From the human T2T-CHM13v2.0 reference genome, Homo sapiens: a stretch of DNA of 64,000 nt. This document shows, piece by piece, positions 23,343 through 36,479 of the stretch. Both the position numbers and the translations under genes were made by a program. The stretch is taken from NCBI RefSeq assembly GCF_009914755.1, contig NC_060944.1. One strand, written 5' to 3'. How positions within the stretch are numbered: the first letter of the stretch is position 1; every line of letters begins with the position of its first letter. The notes beneath the pieces are model-generated. The model was not told the origin of the DNA. It worked only from the letters and a program-made list of their open reading frames with translations, and made no database searches.

Positions 23343-24120
23343 TCAACTGACATTTGTTCCTTTTTAAATAAAGACCTTGTGCAAGCTTTATGAATATTTT
23401 TAATTAATAGATGCCTTCATCAAACACAAGAATAATTAACTGTTAAACTCACCAGAGAGCCCCCTAAAATTAGACTGATTATCTGGACCATAATTTGCTT
23501 TTTCAACACCACAGGGCACCCCCAGGACTCCAAATGCTTCGGTAACTCCCCCACATGCCTTTGCTCAGGGCATCTGAATCCTGCTCTGCTCCCTCCCTTC
23601 TAGAAGTGCACCTTCCTTTCTCCTAGCTTGTGACTTCTCTGCTTATTTGACCTCTCTCCTTCTCCAAAAATTGTAATGAACACAGCTCTCTTCTCTGCTT
23701 TGGTGCTCAGCTGCAACCTCTGCATGGAGAGCAATTATGGAGTAGAAGGAAGCAGGATGGATCATTTGGAGTTGGTCACAAGAAGCCAGAAGAGAAAGTG
23801 GAGAAACAAAAAGTGAAGGAAAGTGAAGGCAAATGTTTTCTCCAGCTGGCAAAAATACTTTAGGAAAATTGGCCCTGATTTAGACTGTGTGAAGGCAGGT
23901 CTTGCCTTTCATAACAAAAATCAAGGCCATCTTCTGAGAGTCAAATCAATTGAAGTTGGTTCTTCTTGAAATAAAGACCTTATGCAGGCTCATTTTTATG
24001 TAAATATTTTTAATTAATAGATGCCTTCATCAAACACAAGAAGAATTAAGCATTAACACTCACCAGAGACTCTGAAATTAGATTGATTATCTGCATCTTA
24101 ATTTGCTTTTTTGACATTAC
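23343..24120 (+). repeat. Spaced direct duplication of ~170 bp (23343-23512 and 23946-24120)
   Basis: Alignable by eye; 40-bp identical core at 23393-23432 and 24003-24042. Confidence 0.92.
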
Positions 24121-24889
24121 TAATTTATTTTTAATAGTTCTGTAATTTAGCTTTATCTATTTCTTATTCTGCTTGACAGATCCAAGTGCCTGCAGCTCAC
24201 CAGTCAGCCTCTATAATCTTTAGGTACTGCTGTCAGCACAGTATATTAATTTTTAAATTATCCAGCCAGTGTGAGGAAGAACATCAATTAATTTCCATAT
24301 GGGAATCAAGCTAACATCTCTTTCCCCTCCCCAGTAATGGTGAAATTTAAATGAAGGAGAGGGCCAACTGCAAGGATAATCTAGATAAAGATAGGAAATT
24401 CTCACTCTTATATTACAGAATCTGCTGCCCTTGAAATGCCTTCCATTTGAATCAGTGCCTTAAAATCATTATTGTAGTGAAAATAAATGTTCCTTTGCTG
24501 CTACCTGTTATCCATAGAGTAAGTCATGGAAAAGCAGGGGATGGAGGGCAGGGACCTGTAATATTATGTTCATGGAAATATCCCAGGCACCTAGAACGAT
24601 GTCTAGATGCAGTAGGCATCCAATAAATACTTGTTACAATACATTTACAAAAACACTAGATTGTGTATCTAGCAAACACTGCTGATGCTCTCTGAAGCTG
24701 AAACAAACTTGATTCATAACATGTAAAGTGGAGACAGTAGACACAGGATGGTTTTCAGCAACAAGCAAGGACAAGCAAAATCAGACAAAAGAGAATCACC
24801 TAAATTGCCATGACAAATGAATGAAAAGCAGGGAATGTTTACTTCTTTGCAAGGGATCATTTAGAACCATCATTTGTTTTCACGGACAT

Positions 24890-24896
24890 GATAGAT

Positions 24897-24958
<62 letters not shown>

Positions 24959-24972
24959 TAGATAGATAGATA
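24890..24972 (+). repeat. Compound tetranucleotide STR GATA GAT (GATA)12(GACA)3(GATA)4
   Basis: Counted directly. Confidence 0.97.
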
Positions 24973-25339
24973 ACACATTGAATGAGGTGAGCAGAGATTT
25001 GATATGACTTATTTGGAGAGAGTAATTGTGAGAGTCTATGGTAGGCAAACCACATGTAAGAAATTGGCTTAATTCTGACCCTGAAATTTAGACAGGGCAT
25101 TGATAAACAGGTGGCCTCCAGAGGGGCAGATGAAAATGGGAGGGCATATGGAGAAAGGCTGCAGTATCTGGCAATGTTTAGTGTAAAGGAAAGATCTAAA
25201 GGGCCAATGGCATCTATATTGAACAAGAGGGAAGAACTGGATCAATGAAAACAGATATTTATTCCAGCATAAAAATATTTAAAGCAAATGAAAGTGACCC
25301 AAGGCTGCCATTCCAGCATAGACTCTCAATGCTTCTCAT

Positions 25340-25790
25340 CTGCACAGCTGGATTAGACTCTTTCTTCGCCTTCCTACCTTCTGACTCCCTGATCCCAATC
25401 CATCCCAGTCCATCCCTGCCACTAGTGTCAGCCTGGTATTTCTAAAGCACGACATCCACTGCATCCCATCCAAGCTCAAAATCTCTTCAGTGGCTTCCAA
25501 CTTCTTGTGTTGAACCAGATTCAAATTTCTGAGTCAGGCATTGAAGGATAGCTGCAGTAGGGCCTCAATTTACCTTTCCAGGGATCCTCCACATACCACA
25601 CATGCACATCTTTCCCCCAGCTAAGCCAAAGAAACTCACTTGTCTTCAAACCAACATTATGACCCCTGCAAACATCAGCCCTGTGTTTCATGTGTAATCT
25701 CTCTGTGTGTCGTGATCCCTGAGCATCTCAGGTTGTCAAAAATCTCTCCACTTTTCAAAGGACCTTTTCCATTTGTTTCCATTTCTGATG
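25340..25790 (+). mobile_element. L2 fragment
   Basis: gctcaaaatctcttcagtggcttcc...ccagattcaaatttctgag; degenerate. Confidence 0.55.
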
Positions 25791-26019
25791 AGATGAACAC
25801 TTTATTAGTCAAAAAAAATTTACCAGAATTTCTCTCTAAAAGGAAGCTCCCTTTGTTTTTGGAAAACCCCTTAGAAACCTCATGGGGTCAGAAGCAAGAG
25901 CAGAAAAGCAGAATCCCAAATCAAAAAGTGGAATGACTGAGTGTCTGTGCATGGAAAAAAAGGTAAACAACAGAGTTATTTATGCAGGGTAAATTAGAAC
26001 TGTAAGATTTGCATGCTGA

Positions 26020-26800
26020 AATCACGGCTGCTATGTGGCCCTTAGATTGGAGTATGAATAGAGAGGGCAGTTGCATTAATCCAGATGAATATCATGAAGG
26101 CACAGCCATGGGCATGCTAGTAGAGAGGGTGAGAAATGGTCAGGTTGAAGGCATTTATTAGACAGATCCATCAGGTTCACTGATGATCATATGTGGGAAG
26201 GGGATGAATTATGGCTAAACACCTCAATCTCTGTCTTGAGAAATGGGGTGGTTGGTTGTTAGAGCCAAAACTGAGATCAGCAACAATGGGCTTGGGGGAG
26301 GTGGAAATCAAACATTGCATTTTGGATGGTTGTCTCAGATGTCTGTGAAACATCTACATGGAAATATGAAACAGGCAATTGGATAAGTAAGATAAAAGTC
26401 TAAAGGAAAGATGTAGTTTAGATAAACACAATTAGGAGCTATTATTATAAGACTACGTAAAATTATAAAAATGGATTAGATGACATAGGGAAGGGAAGAA
26501 AAGAAAGAAAAAAGATTCTAGCTCAGTTCTTAGTCTTTAGAAATCCTAGAATTGGGGTTGAATGAAAGCAAGGGAATCTTTAATGGGGACAGAGGAAATG
26601 CAGCCCAAAAGGAAGTGGGCATTCAGGAGGCGTAATGTCCACAGGCAGGAAAATGGGAGACTCTCCCAGGAGAAGTGAGTGCTAACCATCTCAAGTATTA
26701 CTAAGAAACCAAATAGCATGTGAACATAAAGTCAGTCTTACCTCAATAAAGCTTCTAATTTACTTAAATATTTTTGAAAGCACGAGGAGATTGAATGCTG
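26020..26800 (-). mobile_element. L2 fragment
   Basis: gatgtctgtgaaacatctacatggaaatatgaaacaggcaattggat; purine-rich. Confidence 0.6.
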
Positions 26801-27249
26801 AACTTCGAGGGCAGGACTTAGCCTTTGATAGGAGTATGAACTCTTTTTCCAAGATGATAAGAGAGAGAAGATGGATACACTTAGAGATCCATAAGTCTCC
26901 ACAGAGCATGATGTCCCTGCAAGCAGCAGCTCTCTGAGATAGGAAGCAGTTAGTGATCTCATTGCCACATGAGTCCAACACCTGCAGTCCCCTTGACTCT
27001 GAACTCCAGCAACAGTACATTGGCATGCCTTTCATGGCAGCAATTTTTGAATTTGTCTACAAGAATGTACATTCCTTGAGGGAATAAACAGCACTTCTCT
27101 ACATTTTGTGCAGCACCTAACATTGTATCTAGCTTGGAAGTCTTTAATTTGTGCTTTCCACTTGAGATCCTGATTTTTTTTTTGAAACATTGCTGAAAAT
27201 TTCCTAGCATCATCAATATGTTATAAAAGATAGAAGAACCTGACCCAGA

Positions 27250-27355
27250 AATTAGTAAAATCACAAATGAGTTAGTCTATAAATATATTACTTTTCTAAT
27301 TTAATTAGTAAAATCACAAATGAGTTAGTCTATAAATATGTTACTTTTCTAATTT
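27250..27355 (+). repeat. 53-bp tandem duplication (1 mismatch)
   Basis: aattagtaaaatcacaaatgagttagtctataaatat(a/g)ttacttttctaattt twice. Confidence 0.96.
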
Positions 27356-28434
27356 AAGGTGAAAATCCTCACACAAGCTAAAGAAAAATTAAAGGGATTA
27401 GTTACACAAGGGATGGGACTATTTGATAGTGGAGTAGGGATTGGTTAAGAGAAAAGCTCAAAGCTGATCTCAGTCTTTCCTCTGAACTGAAGATTATAAG
27501 AGGAGCATGCCAGAAACCAAAGCCATAGTGTTTACAGAAAATGTATTTTAAAATAATTTACTCCAGGGCTTGAAATGGAAATGCTCATTTGCAACACAAA
27601 GATCTGGAGTTCCAGGAGCAGTTTGTGTCAGATGATGTTGCATTTACATCTCATGCAGAGTAACTTACCATAGCCTTTCATTCAGAGCATATTAACCAGT
27701 TTACAGTCTTAAGAGTGGCAAAGTAATCTTGGGATTTATAGGAGAGTCTTATCCAAAATAAATGAGGCCGGAGGTAAGAGGAAGACTTAGCAAGAAGGCT
27801 AGAAAGAACTAAAAAAATGGAGACATCAAGCAAGCAAGTCTAAGCTATTTTAACATAGTCTTGAATGTAGAAGGATGTGGCAGTCAGACCAAGTAGGAAG
27901 GGGCACCAGAGACATTTGAGAAGTGACCAAGGGGTTACTTCAGTTTCTGATCACAAATCTCACACCTTGTGTTTTCCTTGCAAGGTAACTTGCAATTCCT
28001 TAACTCATCACTTTAAAAAAACAAACAAACAAACCAACAAAAAAAGCGGTCATCTGAGCCCTCACTTCCTCCATCCAGAAAAGTCTCTTTTGCCATGTTT
28101 CCCTCAGTTCTTAACAATGGAGGTTTCAGATAATGCTTTTGGTTTTCCAGTGCACTGGGGACCACTAATGCCTGCTCTGCCAGATGAGTTTGCAGACTCT
28201 GTGGAACACGGGAGCCACCTAAATTATCCCTCTTGGAAGAGATCACAGAACTCACAGAAAATACTTGGAATATTAGAATCCAGAACCTTCCTTCCAGAAT
28301 ACACAAAGCCCTAGTCCAACTCACTCATTTTTCAAAGGAGAAAAATTGAGATACTATGTGAGTTGCACAGCTAGCTATGTGCAAAACCAAGACAAGAATG
28401 AGTAATCCAGCATGATGCCATGGATCAATTTCTC

Positions 28435-28580
28435 ACCCTGAGCCTCAACTTCTCCATTGGTAAGTAGAGATAATAATGATCATTTTGCTGGGTGGCAGGG
28501 AACAAAATAATTGATGTATGTAAAATACCTACCACAGTGATTGGCTTGATTGACACGTAGCAGAAGTTCAAAAAATTGGT
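28435..28580 (+). mobile_element. MIR
   Basis: ctgagcctcaacttctccattggtaagtagagataataat. Confidence 0.6.
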
Positions 28581-30559
28581 CTCTTCTCTTTCTCCCTTTC
28601 TTGTACCCACAACACAATGCATTACTTAATGCTATGAGAAACAACAGATTAAAGAACACACAAACCTTTTGCCAGTTTCAAGAACACCTAGAGAAGGAAA
28701 TTTTCAGCATCCACTACATCTCAAATCAGTATGTTTCTGTATGTTCTATCCACAGTTAGACTGTTAAATAGCTTAGAAGTGTTTTATGTTGCTTCTTACA
28801 TATGCTTCACCTTTCCTAGCATCTTCTCTCACAGCTGTGATACCCTAGGAGGCTCAGGAGGCATGGGATAAGAGCTTGTGTCTCTCAGGCTTTCATCAGC
28901 ACCCTCAATGTGACCCATTCTCTCTACAGCAAGAGAAGAAAGGTTGTTCCTCTTCAGATGAGAACTGAATTTGCTTGTCTCTGCAGCTCCTCAGGATTTA
29001 GAAGAATGAATGTTCAGTGGCAATCAGCAGCCCATATAGACCCACTAGAAACTTAGATATTTCTATATGGTCAATTGAAATAGCAGCAAAGTGAGAGATG
29101 TTTTCTATCTATATGTTTTGGCGGAAAAAAATGAAGAAAAGAGAAGTGGATGGGCAAGAACTAGGAAAATGGGGATCCTGAAGTATGCACAAGGTACAGA
29201 AAGTCAATTTTGTCTCTCTCCACCTAATCAGTCGTTTCACATCTTGAATAGATAGTTCCCAAAATGTTAATCATCACATTAGCTTCCCTCTAAATCCTGG
29301 CTACTACCATCCTATCTTTTTTAATCCTGAAAAATATAAAAGCATTAATATTCCAGAGAAAAAATATTAATAATTGCTTATATAGTTTAATTCAGGTTAA
29401 GCTTGTTTTCTATGAGGAATCACAAAAGTTCTACTGCGAGGATCCAAGCACACACACAAAAAAACTCTAAGAGACAAGAGTTAAAATCTCTCATTTCAGC
29501 TGAGTTGTAATTTAAAAAAAAAAAAGAAAAAGAAGGAGAAGAAGAAAAGAAAGTTTTACAAAGATTATTTAAGTTTCACGGAAGGCATATTGGCATCAGG
29601 TATGTCTGGTTTTCATCTAACTTGAAAAAGCCTTCGATTTCAAAAATGAAACTATGCAAATGATTAGTTAGTCATTTTGTGTAAATGCTTTAGGATTTAG
29701 ATGTTACTGTGGAAAATAAAGTAAAACAAAACAGCTTTAGTACAGCCCCAGTAAGCTTAGTCCATGGACAGCACATTAAATCCTGAATTAAACACTCCAC
29801 CAAACTCTTCCTAATGAGCCATCCAAGTCTCTGATGTATATAATATACCTTTTTAAAAATGCATGAATACATATTCCACCCAGAGTTTTGGATGGCTCCT
29901 TTGGGTTATTTAAGTTTCAAAGGAGTCCATCAGTATCCCAGGTATAACATTCTATAAATGCCTTAAAAATGAAAATTCAGAAATTAGAAGCTCAAAATAC
30001 CTTGAAGGGGAGCAATGTATTAGGAAAAAAAAAAACAGGCCATTCAAAGGCAAGGTTGATGAGGCATCTGCCTCCCAGAATTTCCTATCTCTGTCAGTTT
30101 GGGTCACAACCCTTAAAACAGCTGTAACTGTGTTCCTTCCAATCTAATTATACAACTCTTGGATAGCTTTGTTTATAATTCGAATCCAATAACCTCCCCT
30201 GACTCTTCTCTGGGCTGCTGTTACATGGCTACTCTTGGATGCTAGCATGCAATTGTAGAGACTGAGCAAGGAGGGATAGGCTGCTCAAAGCACTGGGATG
30301 GAGTCCCCACAGGCTCTTCTTCAAAGAATGTGAAGGTTGGTGCATCCCAGCCTAAGGAAGTTGGTGAGTCCAGAAAGGAAATACTTGTGGGTAGAGAAGA
30401 GTGAAGAAATCACAACAGAGGCTTACAGACAAGAAGCAGATGTCATCTTTCTTCCAGGGAGGCACAAGAAATAAACAGTGGATGACTTAGCAAGCAAGAT
30501 GAGTCAGGAGGGAGAAGAGAGGGCATTTGGGAGAATGAAGGAACAAGTAGGAGTAGATC

Positions 30560-30770
30560 AGCATTAGCTGGGCAAATTCATTGTGCCTATGAATTCATTT
30601 AGCCTCATTGCAACTCTGACGGATAGCTGGGATTAGTTTTATTCTACAGAGGAGGTAACTGCATTCCAGGGAGATTTGGAAATCTCCATGAAATCACACA
30701 GCTAACAAGGGATAGAGCCAGAACTCACCCCCAGGACAAGATGACTCCAGAGCCTGTAGGCTGTGGTCCT
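30560..30770 (-). mobile_element. MIR
   Basis: attctacagaggaggtaactg...aaatcacacagctaacaagggatagagccagaactc. Confidence 0.7.
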
Positions 30771-30894
30771 GCTGTCTAGTGAAGGATGTATACTGAAACT
30801 GATTCCAGGGACTGTGGAAATGGGAAGGGGTGTCTGGAGGAACCTAGAAGAGCTATACCAAAATCTGTCCAACACAATCTGACTGCCCACCTGC

Positions 30895-31035
30895 AGTGTG
30901 TTTCCTCAAGTGTAAAAATATAAATCCCACTTCCTAGGGTTGTGGTAAGGATTTAAAAAGTTAGCATATGCAATGCACATGGCACATATACCTGGCACAT
31001 TGAAAGTATCCAATGAGTGGGAGCTGTTTATTTTT
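30895..31035 (+). mobile_element. MIR
   Basis: tttcctcaagtgtaaaa...tagggttgtggtaaggatttaa...cctggcaca. Confidence 0.7.
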
Positions 31036-32025
31036 ATGTTGCTTGCCTAATGATTCATTTTACCACATCTGCTTGTAGAGAGATTTATGTTATGGTTCCA
31101 TAGCTGTCTGTACATGAGAGCAAGTATTTGATAGTGTTTCAAGATTCTATAAATCCTACTCAGAATTTTTTCCAGTAGTAGAGAAATAAGTGATGATGAG
31201 CTAAGTGTGACTTGAACAGATCAACCTGGAGAGAACATTGTGGATCATGACCTAAGTTTAACAAAGTAAGACCTGGAAAGCTAGTTAATTCCAAAGGTTG
31301 AAGTTGAACATAGAAGCACATTTGTCATTGCTGTGTAATTTAGATCTTTAAATAACTGATAAAAAGTAAATCTCAACTTTCATACAAGGACAAAGGAAGG
31401 AATAGCTCACTGAATCTGATGATGCCACCATTTAGCACAAGTGGACTTGGTGGCTTGGAAGAGTCAGCTGACTTGTCCCACACGTCAGAACCAAGTCTGG
31501 ACTTCCCACATCTAGTATCTGGATGCATTGTTCATTCAACTATGCCAGAGTCCTAGCAGTGTTGATGGTCATGCTAAAACACATCTAGACCTGACACATT
31601 CTCCTTGTAGTCAATGATGCGGTAAGATGATGCAGATTTTTCATGGCACCAGTAAGTGAACCAGATGGTCAGTCAAAAATGACATGCCCAGCCTCCAGAA
31701 TCATCATTTCCAAAATTACGGGGATACTGATTGGCAAAGAAACTAAACACTTATCATGTCCTCTTAGAACTCTTGCTCCCACAAGTACAGAAGAAAAGTT
31801 AAGAGGTGACTTCCTGCCACAGCATAATTCCTGGGTGGAGAGATGATGGGAGGAGTGGGGAGAGTGGTCACACATCTTTTGTCAGTTGCAAGCCTGATCC
31901 CTGCTAGGATGCAAACCCCTACAGAATGAACCTCTGTGAACTCCACTCATTCCCCCTTTTACTTCCCCTCAATTTTTCTCCGCTCTTTTTCAAGACTCTT
32001 CTCCTCTCTCTAAAGAAGATGTTTT

Positions 32026-32494
32026 ATTTGCAACAACATGGATGGAACTAGAGATCACTATGTTAAGTGAAATAAGCCAGGCACAGAAAGACAAAACATC
32101 CTATGGTCTCATTTATTTGTGAAATCTAAAAATCAAAACAATTATATTCATGGAGATAGAGAGTAAAAGAATGGTTACTAGAGGCTGGGAAGTGTAGTGG
32201 GGGTATGGGGTAAAGGTGGGGATGATTAATAAGTATTAAAAACAGAAAGAAGTAAAACCTACTATTTGATAGCACAACAGTGTGACTACAGTCAGTAATA
32301 ACTTAATTATACATTTTAAAATAACTAAAAGAGTATAATTAGATTGTAATGTGAAGTATAAATGCTTGAGGGGATGGATACCCCATTCTCCATGGTGTGA
32401 TTATTACACATTGCATGCCTGTATCAAAACATCTCATGTACCCCCAAAATATATACACCTACTATGTACCCACAAAAATTAAAAATTAAAAAAA
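32026..32494 (+). mobile_element. L1MA-type 3' end with poly(A)
   Basis: atttgcaacaacatggatggaact...gtatcaaaacatctcatgtacccc...atgtacccacaaaaattaaaaattaaaaaaaa. Confidence 0.93.
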
Positions 32495-33964
32495 AGATTT
32501 TAGGTTAAGATTTAAAGATAAGAAGGAAAGTAAAAAAGGAGTCTTCTATTTTATGTTTATTTGTTTTTTCAAATCCTAAGCCTGGACAAAGGCTAGGTAC
32601 CATTTCTTCAAGTTACACTCACTATCTCAGATAGTCCCAGCAAGAAGGGGTGGGCTTTTCATGCATCTCAGAGGTATGCAGTTATCCAACCACTGTGTGC
32701 TGGCACTGCAGTGGGTATAATGGGTAACAAGAGAAGGCCAAGACATAGTCACAGCCAGGTTGGGAGAAAAGGAAAAGTAACTATGAAGGTTTTTCTTGTA
32801 AGGCTGATCTGATCTAATTATAAAATTCTGACACAAAGAAGCCCAGGCTACAAGTGCTATACTAAAAAAAAAAAAAATAGTGGGGAAGGGGTTAGGGGTT
32901 CTTTCCTTTAAATGTATTCCCTAATGTCAATGGAATTAGTTGAAATTCCTAATAACTGCAGATGTCAACCTCTTTCCCCAGAGACTGTGCTCTTCATTTG
33001 GGCTTATGTCTCTGTTGGCCCTGCCTTACCCTTCTGGGTTGTAAGGTGCTTTACTAAGCTCTTGGTACTAGCCCAACCAGAATGGTTCCCTGGGTTCTGA
33101 GAAGTCCTGCCCCAAGTGTCCCCCTGATGCTTGAAATCCTATCAGGGAGGATGGAGAAATTTTACACACAAATGTCCTCATGAGTGGCAGTTCAGTGACT
33201 TCAATCCATACAGTCCAAATGACAGAGAGAAAAGATACCTGCCAGATGCAGAGTTTTAAGGAAATCAAAGAAAGTCGGTATGTGGGAGAAAGATACAAAA
33301 GGAGAGGGCAGAGCCATTCAGAGAAACGTCATCTCGTGGCTAAGGTGACACTTGACTTTCCTCAGGATGCTGACTAGTTCTCCCACCTGCTTTGCCTATC
33401 CAGATTTTGTTCTGGGTGAAACTGACTTACCCATTTCCTCCAATTGGATCATCTCAGCCACAATCCCAGCACCAGCCTCCACTATGAGAGTGGGAATGGG
33501 TAGGTCTTTAGAAAAAAGGGAACTCAGGCTGAGTTGTTTGTCAGTCTTCTTGGCTTTGTTGTTTGTGTGGTCTCAACTTTAATTTGGATTGAGTTTTCTT
33601 TCTCTTTCTCTTTTGGGCATAAGGCTTTCTGCCCAAAATGAAGTGTTTTGAAGCACATCCCAGCCTGTTCTGAATTATAAAAGATTGAGTTAATTAACCT
33701 TCCCCCAGTTGATTACTTTCAACCTTTTTGTTGGCACATTGGGAAAATGTATTAGCGGTTACTAATTAAAGGTATTGAATATACCTTTATACTTCTTCAA
33801 ATTCTTGGACTCCTGAGCTAAGTTGATTAAGAAGAAAGGGGAAAAGTTTATGTTGAATTTATCTTTGAAAATAGCTAGAAGAGACTACAAATAAACCAAG
33901 AAAAGGGAAGTTGTGACCTTATTTTTAACCTCTTCGTCCCTATAGTTTTGGGACTATTTTTAAG

Positions 33965-34205
33965 AATAATAGCTAATGATTTTTAAGTGCTTATCACACA
34001 CAAGAACCATAATAAAAGCTTGCATGTAACATCTCATTTAAATTTCTCTATTCTCTGAGATAGATATGAATTCCAGTCCCATATTACAGATGAGTAAATT
34101 AGTTTAGAAGTCAAGCAAATTGCCCAAGATCACAAAGGTAGTACACGCCAGAGGCATAATGTAATGTTGGTGGTTTGTCTCTAAAGACAACGCATTTAAT
34201 CTCAA
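33965..34205 (-). mobile_element. MIR
   Basis: ccatattacagatgagtaaatt...gcaaattgcccaagatcacaaag. Confidence 0.75.
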
Positions 34206-34307
34206 CAGCGTTGACCTAAATGATGATGTAATCATAGTTTTTGGAGTTGGAAACCTAAATGCCTGCTTGTAATTTCGAAGTTCATCATATTTTCTTATAA
34301 CTCCTTT

Positions 34308-34700
34308 CTGCATTGGTTATTTAGTGTTGCATAACAAATTATCCCAAACATTTATTATCCCACACAGCTACAGCACTCAGGAATCCAGGAGCAGCTCAGC
34401 TGGGTGGGTCTGGTTCAGGGTCCCCGTGAGGTTGAAGTCAAGCTGGTAGCCAGGGCTGCAGGCATCTTTAGGCTCCACTGTGGCTGGAGTATCTGCTTCC
34501 AGGCTCACTCATGCAGTTGTTGACAGGTGTCAGCTCTTCACTGACTTTTGGCCAGAGACTCAAATTCTTCACCATGTGGGCCTCACCATAGGCAGCCTGA
34601 ATGTCCTCATGACATGATAGCTGCATTCTCCCAGATCAAGTGACCCAAGAGGTATAAAGGTCATGATGGAAGCTGAAGTTCTTCACAGCTTAATCTCAAA
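34308..34700 (-). mobile_element. MLT1 (MaLR) LTR fragment
   Basis: gttgcataacaaattatcccaaac...caggaatccaggagcagctcagctggg...tatctgcttccaggctcactcatg. Confidence 0.75.
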
Positions 34701-35921
34701 GCTAAGACAGGGAATTTATTTTGAAAAGTGATTTCAGGTAACAGGAGTGGAGGACTGGGAAGAATAAAATATGAGAGGAGGGAAAGTCATCCAAGCGGTA
34801 ATTATTGAGCTGGGCAACTGGGCTTCATCAACTGGGGATGGAGTCCTCTGGGAGTCTGTGTAAAGTATGCCTAGAATTATCCACCTAAAAACAGAAGAGT
34901 ATGTATTTATCCAAAAGATCCTGTCCCCCAGTGATCAAGGGTGGGCTCAGGGAGTAGTGACAATCAGGCAGACAGCAAGAGATGTGGTGAGTTGCCAAGT
35001 GTACTTGGGTTGTGTTTGAATGCAGCATGTGTCCACAGCAATGACCAGAGCAAAAAGTTGGGATGGGACAATGTACATGTCTAATATATATGCATTAATC
35101 CCAATTAAGGCTAGAGACAAGGCCTCATTTATTTTTGTACCTTAGTGCATAAACTAGAGTCTAGTAGCTGGCAAATCTGTGCCATCCCATGTAATCAGTC
35201 TGGAGGCCCTTAATTTATTCAACACATAGGTACTGTACACATACTATGAGATAGACACCATGCAATACACTGATAGTCCTGTTGGAGCAATTTACAAAAA
35301 TATTTAATAACCAGTATTACACAGATAATAAAATGCACACCAACCCTTCCCAGGCAGTAGGGTTACCCTGGAATATGCTTTCTTAATTCAAATCCGGAGA
35401 TAGTTGAGTAATGAGCCATAAACTTCATTTTTACCGCGTGTCAAAGAGATAGGTCTGTTTGGATTTGGGGATGGAGTATGAAGGAAGGAGATGTTTTAGG
35501 GTGACTTCAAGAGAGGGGAGTGAGAATGATCGTTGAATAAAGAAGGAAAAGGCATTTCCAGGGTGGGAGGAAGGATGGGGAGAAAATGCACATGAAAGCA
35601 CAGATCAACCATGTAAAAATGAATGGACCTCCCTTTATGTAGCTGAGAGTCAAGCTGGGAAACAAATACTAAATTAAAAAGTGTCAGAATCACCAAGTAT
35701 CAATGTAAAGAAGTGCAAAGTATTTTTAAAAAAAAGCATATAAAAGTAGGGTATTTGGGGCCATATTAAAAATGTAAACTTCAATCTAAGGAGTCATAGA
35801 AAGAAAAGCTTTATTCTTTGCTATAGTCTGGATGCTGAGCTTCTGGAAGAGCTGTTCAGAAATGTTTATTGATCAAATAAATAAATAGAATCTAAACTGC
35901 TCATCTTAAAAAGAGGAAACT

Positions 35922-36222
35922 GGCCAGGCGCTGTGGCTCATGCCTGTAATCCCAGCACTTTGAGAGGCCGAGGCAGGCGGATCACTTGAGGTCAGGAGTT
36001 CAAGACTAGCCTGGCCAACATGGTGAAACCTTGTCTCTAATAAAATAAAAATAATTAGCTGGGCATGATGGCGGGTGCCTGTAATCCCAGCTACTCAGGA
36101 AGCTGAGACAGGAGAATCGCTTGAACCTGGGAGATGGTGGTTGTGGTGAGCCGAGATCGCACCACTCCAGCCAGGGAGGCTGAGTGAGACTCTGTCTCAA
36201 AAAACAAACAAACAAACAAACA
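35922..36222 (+). mobile_element. AluS (Sx/Sz-like)
   Basis: Full dimer, (AAAC)n tail, TSD aaaaagaggaaact at 35908-35921 and 36223-36236. Confidence 0.97.
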
Positions 36223-36479
36223 AAAAAGAGGAAACTAAATCTTGGACTTTCGTTCTGATTCAGGAAGTTGCCAGACACTCTCACTGCCACCCACCCTAGC
36301 CAAAAAAGCAAAAAGTAAGCTCTAAATCATTTTACAACCCATTAGAGAGCTGACGACACTAAGAAACCTAAATGAAATAAAATCTAGAAATTAACAAACA
36401 CTTCCAAGGAGAGAAGACACTCAAGATTGCTGTGTCCCCAGCAGAGTGATGGGAAGAAAAGGACTCCTCTATAGACAGA

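Noticed and set aside
24857-25226. ORFs with LSIY repeats
   Set aside because: GATA STR read-through
27877-28314. 145-aa ORF
   Set aside because: GTG start, includes an (AAAC)n tract, no recognisable domain, ends in MIR-like sequence
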